64,000 nucleotides of DNA, taken from NCBI GenBank assembly GCA_905178155.1, contig CAJINV010000011.1, positions 1,201,982 through 1,265,981 on the forward strand, read 5' to 3'. Numbering within the stretch: the first letter of the stretch is position 1; every line of letters starts with the position of its first letter. This stretch comes from Amoebophrya sp. A120. Taxonomy: Eukaryota; Protista; Dinoflagellata. Shown piece after piece: positions 36,201 through 49,721 of the stretch. A model generated the notes under the pieces. That model was not told the origin of the DNA. It ran no database searches and saw only the letters and a program-made list of their open reading frames with translations. Position numbers and translations under genes: made by a program.

Positions 36201-36367
36201 CAGGTCGGCACATTTTTGGCCGGTCTTGAGCGTCCCAGGAAAGTGTTTTACATCTCATTCGAGAGAAAACGCAAGTTCTCCTGCAGCTTGCAGTCGCAAG
36301 CGGTCCACGCCTAGGACAAGGGTCATCTATAGAGTTCTATTCTACGCAGAGAGAGAGATTGTAAAAT
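36201..36367 (+). repeat. Right terminal repeat B2
   Basis: Appears identical to 28397-28563 over 167 bp. Confidence 0.95.
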
Positions 36368-37070
36368 TGCGATATGTTCATGTTGAATATATGCGCCGTG
36401 TAATAGTGACGAACGCCGCGAGTACAACGCGTAGTAGATCTGAAGTCAAAGAAGCACAACTTCGACGAGGCTCCCGCTCCTGGATGGTGCGAGATGACAG
36501 ACGCGATGCACCACCATCGCAAAGAGCCAGAAGGAAAAATGGTCTATATCTGCCTTTACCGGAATCATCCTTGTCGGCTGTTGTATCGTGTCATGTTCAA
36601 CAAGTAGTCGTCCCTGACCCTGGAGTTATAGAGAGACCGTGAGCAAACGCAAACCGCACGCGTTCGGATTTGGAATTGGAAGCTTTAGTTATTTGCATGA
36701 CTGAGTAGAAGAGGTAAAAGTACTTACGTTGCTCGGTGCTTATTTTCCACTACCACACTGCACAGGTAGTCTCCTGCCTCTTTCTTTCATTATGGTTCGT
36801 CTTCGTCTTTTCGTGGTAGCGGTTTTTTGCTTCATCTACATTTTCAAAGAAGCACCCATAGCAATAAACCTCTGGTAAATAAAATTAGCCACGAAGAGGT
36901 GGGCGATCTACGGCCGCATGTAGAAGTTTGTGAAACTGAATGAAATACTGCGAAAGCACTGATGAAAGAATTTAAATTTCCAAGAAGAAATCTAGGACCT
37001 TGTTTGCGGCCTTAGTCGTGTACTTCTACGTGTACCTGATTTTTGTTTTTCAGTTTGTGAAATAAAAATA

Positions 37071-40000
37071 ATGATAAGTGGCATTCCTCCATTACCGGCG
37101 ATTTTTGCGCAAGAATTGCTCCTGAATCGAGGTTCCGACGCAAAAGGTGACCATCATGGGAGCGATGTGGTCGCGGAATCCGCGGCTGGACCACCACGCA
37201 GCAGTGATTCATCGGGTCAACAAGAGCAGCGACAGCAGGCTATTAACGCGGAATGCAATCTGTTCGTCGTTGGTAGTGCACGGAAAGCGTTTTTTCGCAG
37301 CTTTGTCGATAGCTGTGCCACATCTTCACCGGGGACACAAGGACAAGAAGCACCTGCTTCTCCACTTTCGCCAAATGTTAATAAACCAGGAGGCGCCGCT
37401 GCGGCGCTTCAACTTCTGACAGGAGCAGCGTCCGGTGCGAGGAACAAGTCGAAAATCCTGAACCTTGTTGAAAGAGCTTCTTCGTCGACGGCGCCTAGAA
37501 AGGACTACTACGCGATTGAAGGCACGACCATAGTGGGGGCAGGAACCGCAGCGAAAGTGGCAGGAAAATCAGGGAGAGACAAAGAACAAGACGTCGTCCG
37601 AGCTGTGACACCAGCAAATGGCTCGTCCCGCTTGGTGGACTTCACCTACATAGATCTTCTTCTGCCACCTGCAGATGATGTAGTTGTTGACACTTCTGTC
37701 GGAGGTGTCGTACTAGGCCCTCCAGGACGACCCTCTTCTTCTTTCCCACCACCGCCCCCTAGAGGTGCCAGTGGGACTACACACCAAGCGACTGCGACGT
37801 CTTCTGATAGTACAACCAGACTTCTCCGTGTGAACGTGTGGGCCGTTCCGGATTTCAAAACTGCTGCCCCAAACTTTCTCCCCAAAGAGGCTCGAAAAAA
37901 CGCTCTGCTGCAGAACTCGCTCCTCTGTATCGCGTGTATCCACGATACCTTCGGCCGCCGCGACCGCTTTTCGGGGCTGCGGGACGAGGTCGCCGCGTAC
38001 GTGGACGAAGCGAAAGAGTTGGCGCTCCCACTCATCGAAAACTGCTCGCAAGAGGAACTGGCGAGGGTGAGAATGAATTCAAGCAGCTTCGGTTTGCCGA
38101 TTTTCGTGTTTGTCGATTTTCACAAGAGAAGTGAGGATGCCGCCGTACAAGACGGAAGTAGAACAGCAAGTGCTGGTGCGTCAGAAAAAGCGGCCTCTTC
38201 ATCTACGTCAGCAACTTTTCTTGCCGCATCGCTGCGAAGCCAACTGTTGCCGTACCGGGCGGGGCTCTTCTTTCCCTTGAAGCAGGAACCGAGGGCGGAA
38301 ACCCGATCTGGAACTCGAGGAACTGCGTTGGAGACAACTCTAATGCGGTACATCAGCGCGTTCCTGTCGGCCCAGCATGACATACATTCGCAGTTGCACC
38401 GGAACCTCCAGCCCAGGCACAAGATACAAGATCGGTTGGCGAATGTGATTGCCGAATTGCGCAATAAACTACACGGCGCAACAAATTTTTTCGCAACACC
38501 AGATGATGAAACCGGTGCTGAAAAAAAGCAGTCATCACAAGAGCTCCTCTTCGTCCCCATCGCGGTTGACACAGACGCGGACCTGAAAAATTTCCTCAAC
38601 ATGGAACGCATCGACCTCGATAACCCCGGGTCGTCCCTACTGGACGTGAAGTCTAGGATCAGCGTCGATTTCTCATCATCATCTTCCCATGCTGGTCGTG
38701 CGTCAGCGTTGTCGACGGGAGGTTCTGCTTCCTTCAAGCGGCGGAAGGGAGAGGGAGAACAACAACAAGTGAGACAAGGTCAAGGTACGGACCTGAAGAT
38801 TGTGGGGTCCGCTCCAGAAATTGAATCCGGTGAACATCAAGCGTTCTTGTCTGACAGTGAAGACCTGAGTTCTTCCTCGTCCGAGGAGGAGCAAGACTCG
38901 ATCGACATGGGCGGCATGATGTTGTTGAATTACGGCAGTAGTTCATCAACCTCAAATCTAGCTCCGAGAAGATTCTTGCGCTCCGCGTCGAAGTCTGGCG
39001 GCAGCAAGAGCAAACTCCCAGATCCAGATCTCCTTCTCGGTGAGTGGGTCGCGGAAGACAGTAAATCTGGAGGGGCTGGTCGTTTGCAACAAGGTTCATC
39101 CTCTCAACATCAACATCAGCGTAGCACTAAAAGAAGAACGAAGCCCCAGTTCACCGCACCAGCCAACGCCTTTCTGGAGAACCTTCTGCAGCACACGCAA
39201 ACGTCGCCCTTTTTCCAGGATTTGTTGCACGCGAAAACTTCCACTACAAGCAGTGGGGCAGGAGTTTCGCCGCGTAGTACTACGTTGGGGGCACGAGGAG
39301 AACCGGGTGCGCAGGCTGGTGGACAAGCGAAACAAGATGAAGCAGAAGATGTCGCTCCTGCGCGGGAGGATCATGCTCCTGCGGTTCCCGGGAGCCCCGC
39401 AGCAAGCTCCGCCGGGCGACGACGAAAATCCAAACTGGACGACGGCGCTGCAGCTACCGGGGCCGGAGCGGGTGATGATCATGACAATGCGTTTGACAGT
39501 CCACGGGAACAAGATGAAAACATCATCAATCCAAACGCGACGGCAATTACTGGTGCTGGTCCTCCTGCTACTACGACCGTCGTTGCTCCTCCTGCGGCAA
39601 ATAAATCCTCATCCGGAGAAAACAACTTGGTAGAAATAGTTGCAAATGGAACTACAAGAACTCTGGTGCCGCTCGCCGGAGCTTCTGCACGACAGGACCT
39701 CCAAGTGGACGCCAGCAGGAGCGTTTCCAAAAGCAGTAGTGCATCCGGCCGGGGCGGCGCTTTGTTTAGCAAGTTCGCGAATATGTTCCAAATGAAATTA
39801 GACACAACGACGAGTAAAAGTCCCTCAGATGTTGGCGCTGGGCCCTCATCCGCCGCCGGAGTTGTTGGAAAAATCGATTTGCAAAATAAAAGTGGCGATG
39901 CGTCTTCACGAGATGTTGGCGATTCCTTGTTGCAGCCATTGTCGACAGCGGCTGTTGTTCCTCCTGCATCTTCTTCTTCAGGGCCACCCAGTTCATCAAG

Positions 40001-40683
40001 AGAAGAACCTGAGCGCGTGAAAATCCTAGGTGGGCTTCTTGGGCCTGCTCCCGGTGCATCGATAAACACTTCGTCAACATCTGCCACCGCGGCTCCAACG
40101 GGACCGCAAACCAGCTCCGCGTTAGAACGGCTACGTGCCATGACCGCGCGGCGTTCCCGAGACAGTAACCGCACAACTCCAGCAGGAGCGGGTGGAGTCC
40201 GGACCGGGCGCAGCGGTTCTGGTGGACGCACCGCCGCTGGTGCTGACGGCGGCCCGCGCGGCCTGTCTTCGCACACCCAGCAGTTGCAGAACCTCCGAGC
40301 GCAGACCGCCATACCTACGGACGGCACGAAGGCGCGGCGGCAGTCTCCAGCTGCGTCCGGCTCTTCACGCTTTGTGCCGGCCAGTCGGCGTGGGGAATCT
40401 CCCGGATCAGGCGGGGGGCGGGCGGGGGTGGGGCTTCGAGGGGTATTTCAGTACTGCTTTTTTTTTGTCTTAATGTTCAAAACACAGACTGTGACCAACC
40501 TGTTCGAGATGCACATCATTCTTTCAATGCGAAAATTTGAAATTTTTTTATCCGTTCCACTCTCATCAACATCAACATCAGGAACCCCCCAGAGGACCGG
40601 ACGAGCCGCCGTCAACGCTCTCTACCTTGGAGCGGTTGCGAAAGCTGCGCGCTGACAGGGAAGCAAGAAACACAAAAAAGTGA
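37071..40683 (+). CDS. Dynein light intermediate chain-like protein with low-complexity insertions; exons 37071-40442, 40582-40683
   Basis: DFTYID..RVNVW, GLPIFVFVD, LRSQLLPYRAGLFF and LFVPIAVD occur in the same order as DLIC motifs. A GT..CAG intron leads to ...LERLRKLRADREARNTKK*. Confidence 0.55.
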
Positions 40684-41759
40684 AACGAGCGCATCCTTGC
40701 TCTGGTTCGGGCTAACGATCGACAAGAACAAAAGAATGTTTTCGTAAAAGATCTTCCACATTGACATACGCACGAAACACTAAAACTTGACATAGCAGTG
40801 CCAAGAGGCCTGAGCTGACGTGGCAGTAAACAAAGATTTCAATGTCGCCGGCGAGCTTGTGAAAAGTTTCAGTTTGTTGACGCCAGGATCTCGGTTTTCG
40901 CGTCGCTTCGGAAAGATGTGATTCGATGGTGAGTAAAGCAACATGATGATCCCACGCACCGCGTTGATTCATCATAGCATCTTCGACAAGAACGTCGCTT
41001 CTACTTTAACTTTGATGACGCACCACAGCCACTCGAGTGGCGCGGATTTTTTTGGCTCTGTTGAAGATATTTGTCGTCGTTCTCATTTTTGACGTGAGCT
41101 TGTTCTCGAACTCCAAGGTCCTCCTGTCTTGCGCATAGCATCGATCAAGTTCGTAGTTTGAAACGATCTTTTTCTTTCCGTATTTTGCGCCGTTTGTTTT
41201 TTTACATCGATCGGCACAACTCGAGAAAAGCGAGCAACCAACAAAATCCAAAGTAGGAGATGGCAATTACCTAAATGATAATATTGAAAAATACACATAC
41301 AGCACAAGAAATCAAGCGCATCGATCTATTCTTTTGATTCTTGGAGTGGTGCTCTTTATCTCAATCCCAAAAAAACCTAGAGGCAAAACCTAGAGTAGAC
41401 CAAGATGTAGGTAGTGCTCAGTCACGAGGACCACCTTGCAAAGACAAAAAGTATAACGAAAAGATAAAGCGATGAGCATGAGCAGCTTTTCAAGCACTAC
41501 CCTTATTTGTTGTAAACGATAAATATAAAAGCGTCACAAGCACTACCCTTCTAAGAAGTCAAATTAAAATTATTCGATATGTCGTCCCGCATCCGATTCC
41601 GAGCCCGCGCCTCGCACTTCTGCCGTACAGTGGACCCTCCGCGTTACGCAGAGAAGGTGGAGCGCGGGCGTACAGGATCAGGACCACTTCTAGGCGGTCC
41701 TATTCTGGTCGCGGTGTTTCTATTTCTTGTCCCCTCCTCTTGTCACGTTTCTCGTGCCA

Positions 41760-44055
41760 CCATGTTAACCATCCACGAGGAGCACGAGTCCGCATGGACG
41801 GGGATCGATTTTCCGTATTATGCCTACTCGTCTTGTTCGTCAGTGTCGCTCTCGTCAGCACTGCCCTGGCGCACCAGCCAGAGTTGTCGATACCAGCCAC
41901 TAATATCACGGCGAGGCCCGACATGTCAACATCTGCAGTCAGGAACAACAAGCCGAACAAACTGTGCAGCCACTGCTTTTGCAGGGAACAATCCGACTGC
42001 CCCCCGGGCGGCTGCGATACATGGACAGCATCCCCAGAGCGTATCGCACAAAGACCAGGCGTCCAGCTACACAACCTCCGGCGGGGAAATGTTGACCTCG
42101 AAGAGGGCGGAGACGTCGTTGCGCGGCGCCACGAGCACATTTTGGAAAAGCAACGCCGAGTGGAACAACGGGGGTCACTCTGGCAGCATCGAGGCGCGTC
42201 CACGTCGAGGTCGACGTCGTCACGGAGGGCGGCATGAGCGGTTCCGTGCTTCCCGTAGTTCCACCGCAGGTGCAAAAACTTCGCAAAGCCATCAGCATCA
42301 GAGTCCGGCTGCCATGCGCATTTCATTCAGCGGCACGACCGACCGAGAGAAGCCGGGATTGGAGGCACTCTCGCGGCAGGCACTTCTCCGCCGCCAAGAA
42401 CTGCAGCGCGAGCGGTTTCCTTTTCCGTTCTCGGTCTCGGCCAGTTCCCTTTCTCAATCTGCTGGTATGTAGTTTTTTTATGTATAAAGATGATCTCGGT
42501 ATTTCTATTTCTGGCACGATCGCTGTTTTTTTTCGGTTTTGCATGAGCGGAGAGACGTTTAAATCATGGTTCGGAACCTCCCAATAGACTAGCTCACCGG
42601 AAAATTTTGGTTGATTTCACTGGGGAATGATTTTCGTTTCCGGGCACCTGAGCGCGTCCGACACCTCTACATCGCCGGGCAACCGCTACGCCGCAGCACT
42701 GCGGTACTGGGAAAGGGGTGATATTTCAGTGAAGTCTCACTTTTTCCAGAGTCTCACTTTTGGGCGCCCAAAAGTGAGATTTCTCAAAAAGTGAGACTTC
42801 AGTGAAGTCTCACTTTTTCCAGAGTCTCACTTTTGGGCGCCCAAAAGTGAGATTTCTCAAAAAGTGAGATTTCAGTGAAATCTCACCCATTTCCCAGTGC
42901 GGTACTGGGCTCCAGTGCGGCACTGGAGCCCAGTATCACTTTTTCCAGAATCTCACTTTTGGGCTCGAAAGTGAGATTTCTCAAAAAGTGAGATTTCAGT
43001 GAAATCTCACCCATTACCCAGTGCGGCACTGGGAAACGGGTGTGATTTCAGTGAAATCTCACTTTTTCCAGAGTCTCACTTTTGGGCGCCCAAAAGTGAG
43101 ATTTCCCAAAAAGTGAGATTTCACTGAAATCTCACTTTTTCCAGAATCTCACTTTTGGCGCCCAAAAGTGAGATTTCTCAAAAAGTGAGGGCATTTTTAA
43201 GAGTGTGCATGTAGTGCGTAGGCACAGGAGTTGGCCGCTTTGTATTATTGTTATTGTATATGAGTCGTAGTGGTATTGGTAGGAGATCAAGATCATGGCC
43301 CGCGCAGCCTTTCGCCTCTGTTGACCGCGCAGCATTTCATTTGTATGGGGCATTTATGAAGCAGAGAGCGCCAAATTGTGTAGGTGCTAATGTGAAGTTT
43401 AGCCGTTTTCGCCTCCCAGTGTTTTGCAGAAAAATTTTCCGGTGAAGAGGGGGGGGCTTTTCCGATCCATGGCTTTAAATGGATATCCATCTCAAAGTCT
43501 AACCAGTTTCTGTTTTCATGCAAGTTTTTCGCTAGTATGCACGATTTTCAAAAAGGAAACGCATTAACATTTTACAAAGCGGAAGCGGCCGCGATACCCC
43601 CCCCCCCCGCCAACGAGCAGCCTCCACTCCCTACGGGGGCGCCGCTGTGGAGGGTAGACCGCTGCCCAGCAGACCTCGGAGGCTTGATCAGCCCAAGCTG
43701 CCTGGATCCAGTGCCGTCGTCCACTTCGTCAGAGAGCGGAATAGGCACGTATACGACTCTTGGCCATGATGGCAACTTGAGTCCGTTTGCCACGATCGGC
43801 GGCGTAGCAGCTACATACCACGAGGGGCACGAAGAAGTTGAAGTAGGAGTCGGCGTTAGAAGCGGTCTCTCTAGCCCTGCCACCGGATTGCTCCCACGTC
43901 CGTCCTCGCCTTTTTCCGAGGACGAACCCGCTTTATTTCTTCTGCCACCGGCTTGGGGTTCGGGCTTCTCCAGCGCTGCCAGTAGCACCAGCGGTGACTC
44001 GAGCTCAACGCAAGACCTTCCAGTCCTTCGCCATTTTCGTCGCCGGCCGCGATGA
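41760..44055 (+). CDS. Possible hypothetical gene, exons ~41760-42464 and 43580-44055 (start uncertain)
   Basis: A GTATGT donor at 42465 and an ACAAAG acceptor at 43579 join ORFs 41579-42472 and 43537-44055 in frame. No recognisable domain. Confidence 0.3.
42539..43523. mobile_element. Foldback-like element: degenerate long TIRs enclosing a palindromic minisatellite
   Basis: Perfect inverted repeat TCACCGGAAAATTTT at 42594-42608/43431-43445, plus outer matches TTTAAA.CATGG.TCGGAA and TTGCATGA. Confidence 0.6.
42690..43189. repeat. Array of ~73-bp self-complementary units
   Basis: About 5 copies built around the palindrome TCTCACTTTTGGGCGCCCAAAAGTGAGA, interspersed with CCAGTGCGG(T/C)ACTGG hairpins. 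Confidence 0.95.
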
Positions 44056-45108
44056 CTTTGGCTCCCGCCCTGCTTGCTTCTGTACATCTACAACGAATAC
44101 CAATACTAACAAATACCAGTGGAAATGTTGACAAGAATACAGCAAGCCTGGTTTAGAAGAATGAGCAGCCAGTGTGAGCGGACATGCGCAAGGAGGGATC
44201 GTGCAGTAGAAAAACGAACACAATGAATAACAGTTGTACTTTCCCCGCGTGTGCCTATCATGGACTGCTTTTTGCGTCGTACTCTTTAACATGTATACAA
44301 ATTTTCCCGTTTGTAGCACAAATGACCCAAACTAAAATATAATGAGGCGCCCTCGATGTCGTGGTCTCACGCCCAGCTGGAGACCTAACTCAAACATCAT
44401 GTATGCTTATATATGATATGCAGAAACACCAAAATGCGACGACCTTCTGCTATTATTTACTGTGAGGACTATAGACGAAAAAAAAATAATGTTGATTCGA
44501 TCGTCAGGACTGTTGATTCGATTGATCTCGTCAGTTGTACGATGAGATCAAGAAAAATGAAAACAAAGAACATGAGACCACTCTGCGGCACCAATAAACA
44601 TTGCCGCACCCCCTGTGCCACCCCCAAACCATTTTAACGAAATACGTATAGAGAAGCTGGAAAAATACCCAACAAATAGTACATATGCACACGCAAAATC
44701 AAAAATATGGCCGCGCTCATCACGAAGATTCGTGCTTTCATCGGAGTGACATTTATGTTCGCGTCGTGGTGTTCATCTCAGTACCGGGAGGTTCAACTTC
44801 AAGTACACAAGTGGATCACCTTCGCCGAGCGCGACCACGTTCTCTACTTGTATGTACAAAAAATACGATGATCTTCTCGTTATCGATAAGTATCGACCTG
44901 CTTCCCGACGAGAAAAATCCTGCTTGTCGTACGTTTCTTTTACGCAAAACTGTCGAGCCGTGTACTACCTTCCTTTTCGGGATCATCGCTTTTTTTCTGT
45001 GTAAGTACGACTCCCTGATACAATAATTCCTCGTGTTCCTCAATGTGCCCACGAGTCTTGATAATTATCGATCATTTGCTCTATTCATTCGTTGCGTCCT
45101 TTGTGAGG

Positions 45109-47734
45109 ATGGCCACCACCACAATGAAAGCGAATCGGTCTGCTCTGGTGACGAGAACTCGACCGATGCCTTCTGCGATAGCCACTACACCGTTGCTCCC
45201 GCAACAACCGGGAACAGCGACTTCACGCTGCACTACGAGGTTCTTGTCGTTTTCCCTTTTCTCAACTTCCGCGTCAACATCGTCTTCAGTTCGGACAAGA
45301 ACTCCCAAGGAGAACACATCCCCTTCGCAACATGCCCATGAGCTGCTGCACCGCATGCCGAACTCTACCCGCAACTTTCTACAGTCAAAGTTAAAAGAAG
45401 CAAACCAAAGGAGAAGAGCGATTCTATCCGTCGAGGCAGAAAGGAGGAAACGCCACCTGCGGAGCCTGCATATGCATTGCAAATGTGTCTGGGTCTGGAA
45501 GGTTGCAACTTGTAACGCTGTCTTTGAATTCGAAATCGAATTCCAAGAAAATCTGTATTGCAGGACCAACAACAGGAGTCCAGTTTGTGTATACGCTGAG
45601 AGGGCATTTGTCATGCGGAATAGGCGCGAAGAAGCCCTCTAAAAATCTGTGATGCTAGACCATGCATTACAGGCATCGCGGATCATACAAAATATGCATG
45701 ACAAGCCTGGCAATGTTCCAGACACAGACATATTTGCATTTGATACTGCATCTGACAGAGCAAGAGATCGCTGCGGACGACGCTGTGCACTCACAAATTG
45801 CTGCGTTGATGATGGAAAACGACAATGCAGGAGCTGATGACGGAGATGAGACACGGCCGGATTGTTCCAAGAACATCAACCCTCCTGAGCAAATAAACTA
45901 CGTGAAGAACAGCCACCCGCTCTCACAGTGGCTCACTGTTGCGGATGACCTGCTCCAGAGGTCCGCTACGCTCACAACCGCAGACGCGGTGCTTGCCCTG
46001 CGGTGTTTCTACCACGCCGAAATCGCGGACTCGAATCTGGTGCATGCGCTAGTTGAGGTATTGGTGGTGAGGCTGAAACAGAGCCTGGAACGAGCGGAAA
46101 TGGTCGTGGAAAGAAGTGCTGTAGGTGGTTTAAGAAGTGGGCACGGAAGAGGTACAACAGCGACACCAGGCTCTTATTCTTTCATGGAAATAATGGTGCC
46201 AACATCATGTGGAGATCAGGGCGACACAGAAGATCCTGAAGAATTTCTTGCGGGCGTAGCAGCGGAGTTGGAGAAAGTGGCTGCGTTTGCGAGAGAAGTA
46301 GGAACAACTCAGACGCTCGGAAGTTGTGCTACGGCAAATCAGTTGGACTGCGCAAAGGTTGTAACAGAAGATGAAGGGGCGGCGACTGAACTGACAGACC
46401 GGGATCATGAAAGCAGCGACATCAAAGTAGATCATCATGAGAATGATTTACCTGATCACGCAAAAACTATATCACCTAGTACCAGACTCGCGAACACGGT
46501 GACAGTAACCTTCCTAAGCCCTGCTTGCGCACGTAGACTGCGGCGCACACTAGTAGACTGCGTTAACGCCTTTTTGCGAATCGCATTCCGGACGTTGAGA
46601 CAGAAGCAGGACCGGACTCTTGACAGCGGAGGACGGGGAGCAGCCTTCTCTTCGACGTCGTCCAGGACGAGCGGTGTCAACATAAACGGCGGCTGCACGA
46701 CGACAACCCTTCATCGTTTCACGCTGACAGGTTTTCTGGTTTCGCTTGCGATCGACGATCGTCATTCTTGCAAAGAGTTCTTGTGTACTGAGCGCAGCAA
46801 TCTATCGTCTCTAACGGCCGCCGCACAAATTCCTGACGGGGAGGTAGGCGCTACTCACGTTGAGGGCCTCCAGACGAAGAAAACACACGCGAGGATCTTC
46901 GAACAAGACCAAACCGATCGCAAACGCTCGCAAATCCTCACGGTGCTTTCGACCCAGCACCTGAGCATCCTCCCTCTCCGTGACCTCCTGAGGCTCCAAG
47001 CCCGTGCGGAGCACGATCCGGAACTGAAGTCGCTGTACGAGGCGTCCTGCTCCCGGGAACGGGCCATGCTGTCGGCCATGGGCGTCAGCGAGGTTTTTTC
47101 GCTCCTGTGGCAGGAAACAATAATGAACCAGCTTGTTCTTTCTGAAGAAGATAATTATTCCGAAGCCGAGATGAAGGGCGCGACAGGGCGGACTCTAGCT
47201 GAAGAGGACCCAGGGCCGTTCGCGCGAAAACTGCGGGCAGTGCTGAATTACAAGCTAGCGGCGCTGACCGTGGAAGACATTCGCCGTTTGCCGCAGCGGT
47301 TCCAGATTTTAGAATTGCTGTTACGAACAAGTGAGGAGAAGATGCGAACAAGGCAGGGAGCAAGCACATCATCTACTTCAGGCTGTAGTACCAGCACATC
47401 TGCACACGGAGCAATAAACCTTGCACTGTCGCCAGCGGAGTTTGCCTTCGCTCAGAACCTGGCCACCTACGCTCGACAGAACGTTTCCGCCTGCTCCTCC
47501 AAGGATCTGGCGCTGCTCGGAAAAGCAATGGAGGGGCGAAGCTGCATACCACTCGCGCAGGCTATTCGCCTGCATTTGATGAACCAGTGCAGGAAGGAAG
47601 AACTCAGGTGGACTTCATCTTCAAATTCGAGATCAGGGAGCTCTATTGCCGCTCCTATCAAGAAAACACAGTCTTCTGTTTATTTTCATTCGCCTTTCAG
47701 TACAACTACAACTACACAAGCTGCGTTTGCGTGA
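45109..47734 (+). CDS. Hypothetical helical protein; exons 45109-45470, 45751-47734
   Basis: Two ORFs are joined in frame (RSLHLTEQE) by removing the introner at 45471. Confidence 0.7.
45471..45745. mobile_element. TIR introner, family F (275 bp)
   Basis: TATGCATTGCAAATGTGTCTGGGTCTGGAA...TTCCAGACACAGACATATTTGCATTTGATA; TSD CTGCA. Confidence 0.92.
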
Positions 47735-48021
47735 TTAGCTTGCTACAAACAAGCCGCTACAGATTTTGTGATGGGCTTCGGCATCACCAATAATTGGCTT
47801 CGGCATCACCAATGAGGCTGGATGTTCATCTTCACCTTCTCTTTATTGCTCTACCGCTTTAAAAATACTGGTAAATAAACTACCGTAAACAAATCTATCA
47901 CTCACTGGCAAAATACGACAACCATAAAGTAACGACAAGTCGCCGAAGTCCACTCGAGGCGGAAATTTTTTTATCTCGGAATACCGCAAGTAGAAGTCTA
48001 GGAAGATAGCTGATCACTACC

Positions 48022-48896
48022 ATGCTCGCCCGTAGCAGTGTCTCCCACAGCGGCAAAAAAGTCGCTGTGGTCCTTGCGGGTTGCGGCGTGTACGACGGTA
48101 GCGAGATCCACGAGGCGGTATTCACGCTTAATACCTTGTCGAAGAAGAAAGTTGCGTACCAGTGCTTCGCGCCCAACATCCCGCAGATGCACGTTATCGA
48201 CCACACCAAGGGGGAGCCGATGGAGAAGGAGACAAGGAACGTCCTGGTCGAATCCGCCCGGATAGCACGTGGGAAAATCCAGGACTTGAAGGATCTGAAA
48301 GCAGCCGATTACGACGGTTTGATCTTTCCCGGCGGATTCGGCGCGGCGAAAAACCTGTGCGATCTAGCGGTGAAGGGCCCCGAGGTGACGCTGGAGAAAG
48401 AAGTGGAGCGCGTGGTCAAAGACTTTCACAGCATCGGCAAACCGATGGGGTTCTGCTGCATCGCGCCGGGAATTGCCGCCAAGGCGTTAGGAGAAAGTGC
48501 AGGGGTGGAGGTAACCGTTGGAAGCGAGACGGAATCACCGGACTGGCCGTACATTAAGATTGGCGTCGTGCCCTTCAATGTTTTACAGTGTGATAGTAGA
48601 TGCCGGTGATGCACTTGTCGTTGTCCTCATGTTTTTAATTTTCAACTTTAGCTCTGATATTCCTGTGGCTTTCAGCTAATGCTACTTCCTACGAAACAAA
48701 ACACAGTTACGCCGGCACGGTTGGCGCTATTAAGGCGGTGGGGGCGACGCACGTGGAAAAGCCGCTGAGCGACGCCCACGTGGACACAAAGAACAAAGTG
48801 GTGACATCTCCGGCGTACATGTGCGAGGGCGCGCCGATTCATGAGATTGAAGAAAGCGTTGCTGCGATGGTCACGAAGACCGTAGAGATGATGTGA
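48022..48896 (+). CDS. ES1/ElbB (GATD3-like, DJ-1/PfpI superfamily) protein; exons 48022-48548, 48707-48896
   Basis: [44 protein letters not shown] and VVTSPAYM motifs; GT-AG intron at 48549-48706. Confidence 0.95.
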
Positions 48897-49721
48897 CCTG
48901 AATGTTAAAATGCTGTGATGATCTGGCGCTTCACATCAATCACAATTCATTGCTGCAAACTGCAATGCACGCTTTCGCTTTGACGGGCTTTGGTAAACAG
49001 TTCCAGAGCAAACACAGACTTACGGTAGATTTTGCGAAGGATGCATTTACGCACCATTCTAGTATGACATTGCATTCTGTCTCCGAAGAAAAAAAAGAAA
49101 AACTGCATTTCTATTGGTTTTGCAAGGCTACGAATTCCTACATTGATTTGCTGTGATGGCAATCCTGGAGCTGGAGCTTCTCCTTCTTCTGACAGTTAAA
49201 GCCACGGCACAAAGAACTTTGTCTATGGAACGATCAAGACGAAGATCTCGTCTAGCCCTTGCTTTTCCGAAGATCAACATGCACCGCGACTTATGATCCC
49301 CCGTCACTTTTCATCAGCTTTCCCATTTCTAAGGCGAAGGTCTTGGCCTGTTTCGCGAGGATAAAGTGAACACACAACAAGCGATCCATTTTTTGTAAAA
49401 CTATAGTCCCGCCGCGCCGTTGTACTTCTAGATTACGGCATTGTCAACAAAGACGATCTCCTTTTTGAACTTCATTTTTCGAAGTTTTGCGGTTTATTTT
49501 TTTCAGAGCCAGGCCGCGCGATGAAGTAGACGTAACTAATTTATTTTTCGATGAGTACGACTTCTAGTTCTATCTTAAGAAGTCAAGGTCCAGCCCTTTC
49601 TTTAGACATAAAGAGAAAGAACGTTCTTTACCGTATTTCTAACAGAGACTGAACACACGTACAGCAGTACGTAGTATAATCTTAATCCCCGCCTAGTACC
49701 CTGTTTAATCCCAAAAAACAA

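Larger units (their letters stand above)
28119..36367 (+). mobile_element. Tyrosine-recombinase (DIRS-order, split-direct-repeat) retrotransposon
   Basis: YR, gag-like and RT/RNase H ORFs. Repeats A1 28119-28249, B1 28397-28563, A2 28561-28691, B2 36201-36367. AAT is shared at both ends and at the B1/A2 junction. Confidence 0.92.

Noticed and set aside
42690-43189. CRISPR array
   Set aside because: No unique spacers, no cas genes, and the context is eukaryotic; the units are contiguous palindromic repeats.
47773-47813. 18-bp direct repeat GGCTTCGGCATCACCAAT x2
   Set aside because: Simple local duplication in a 3' flank with no further structure.
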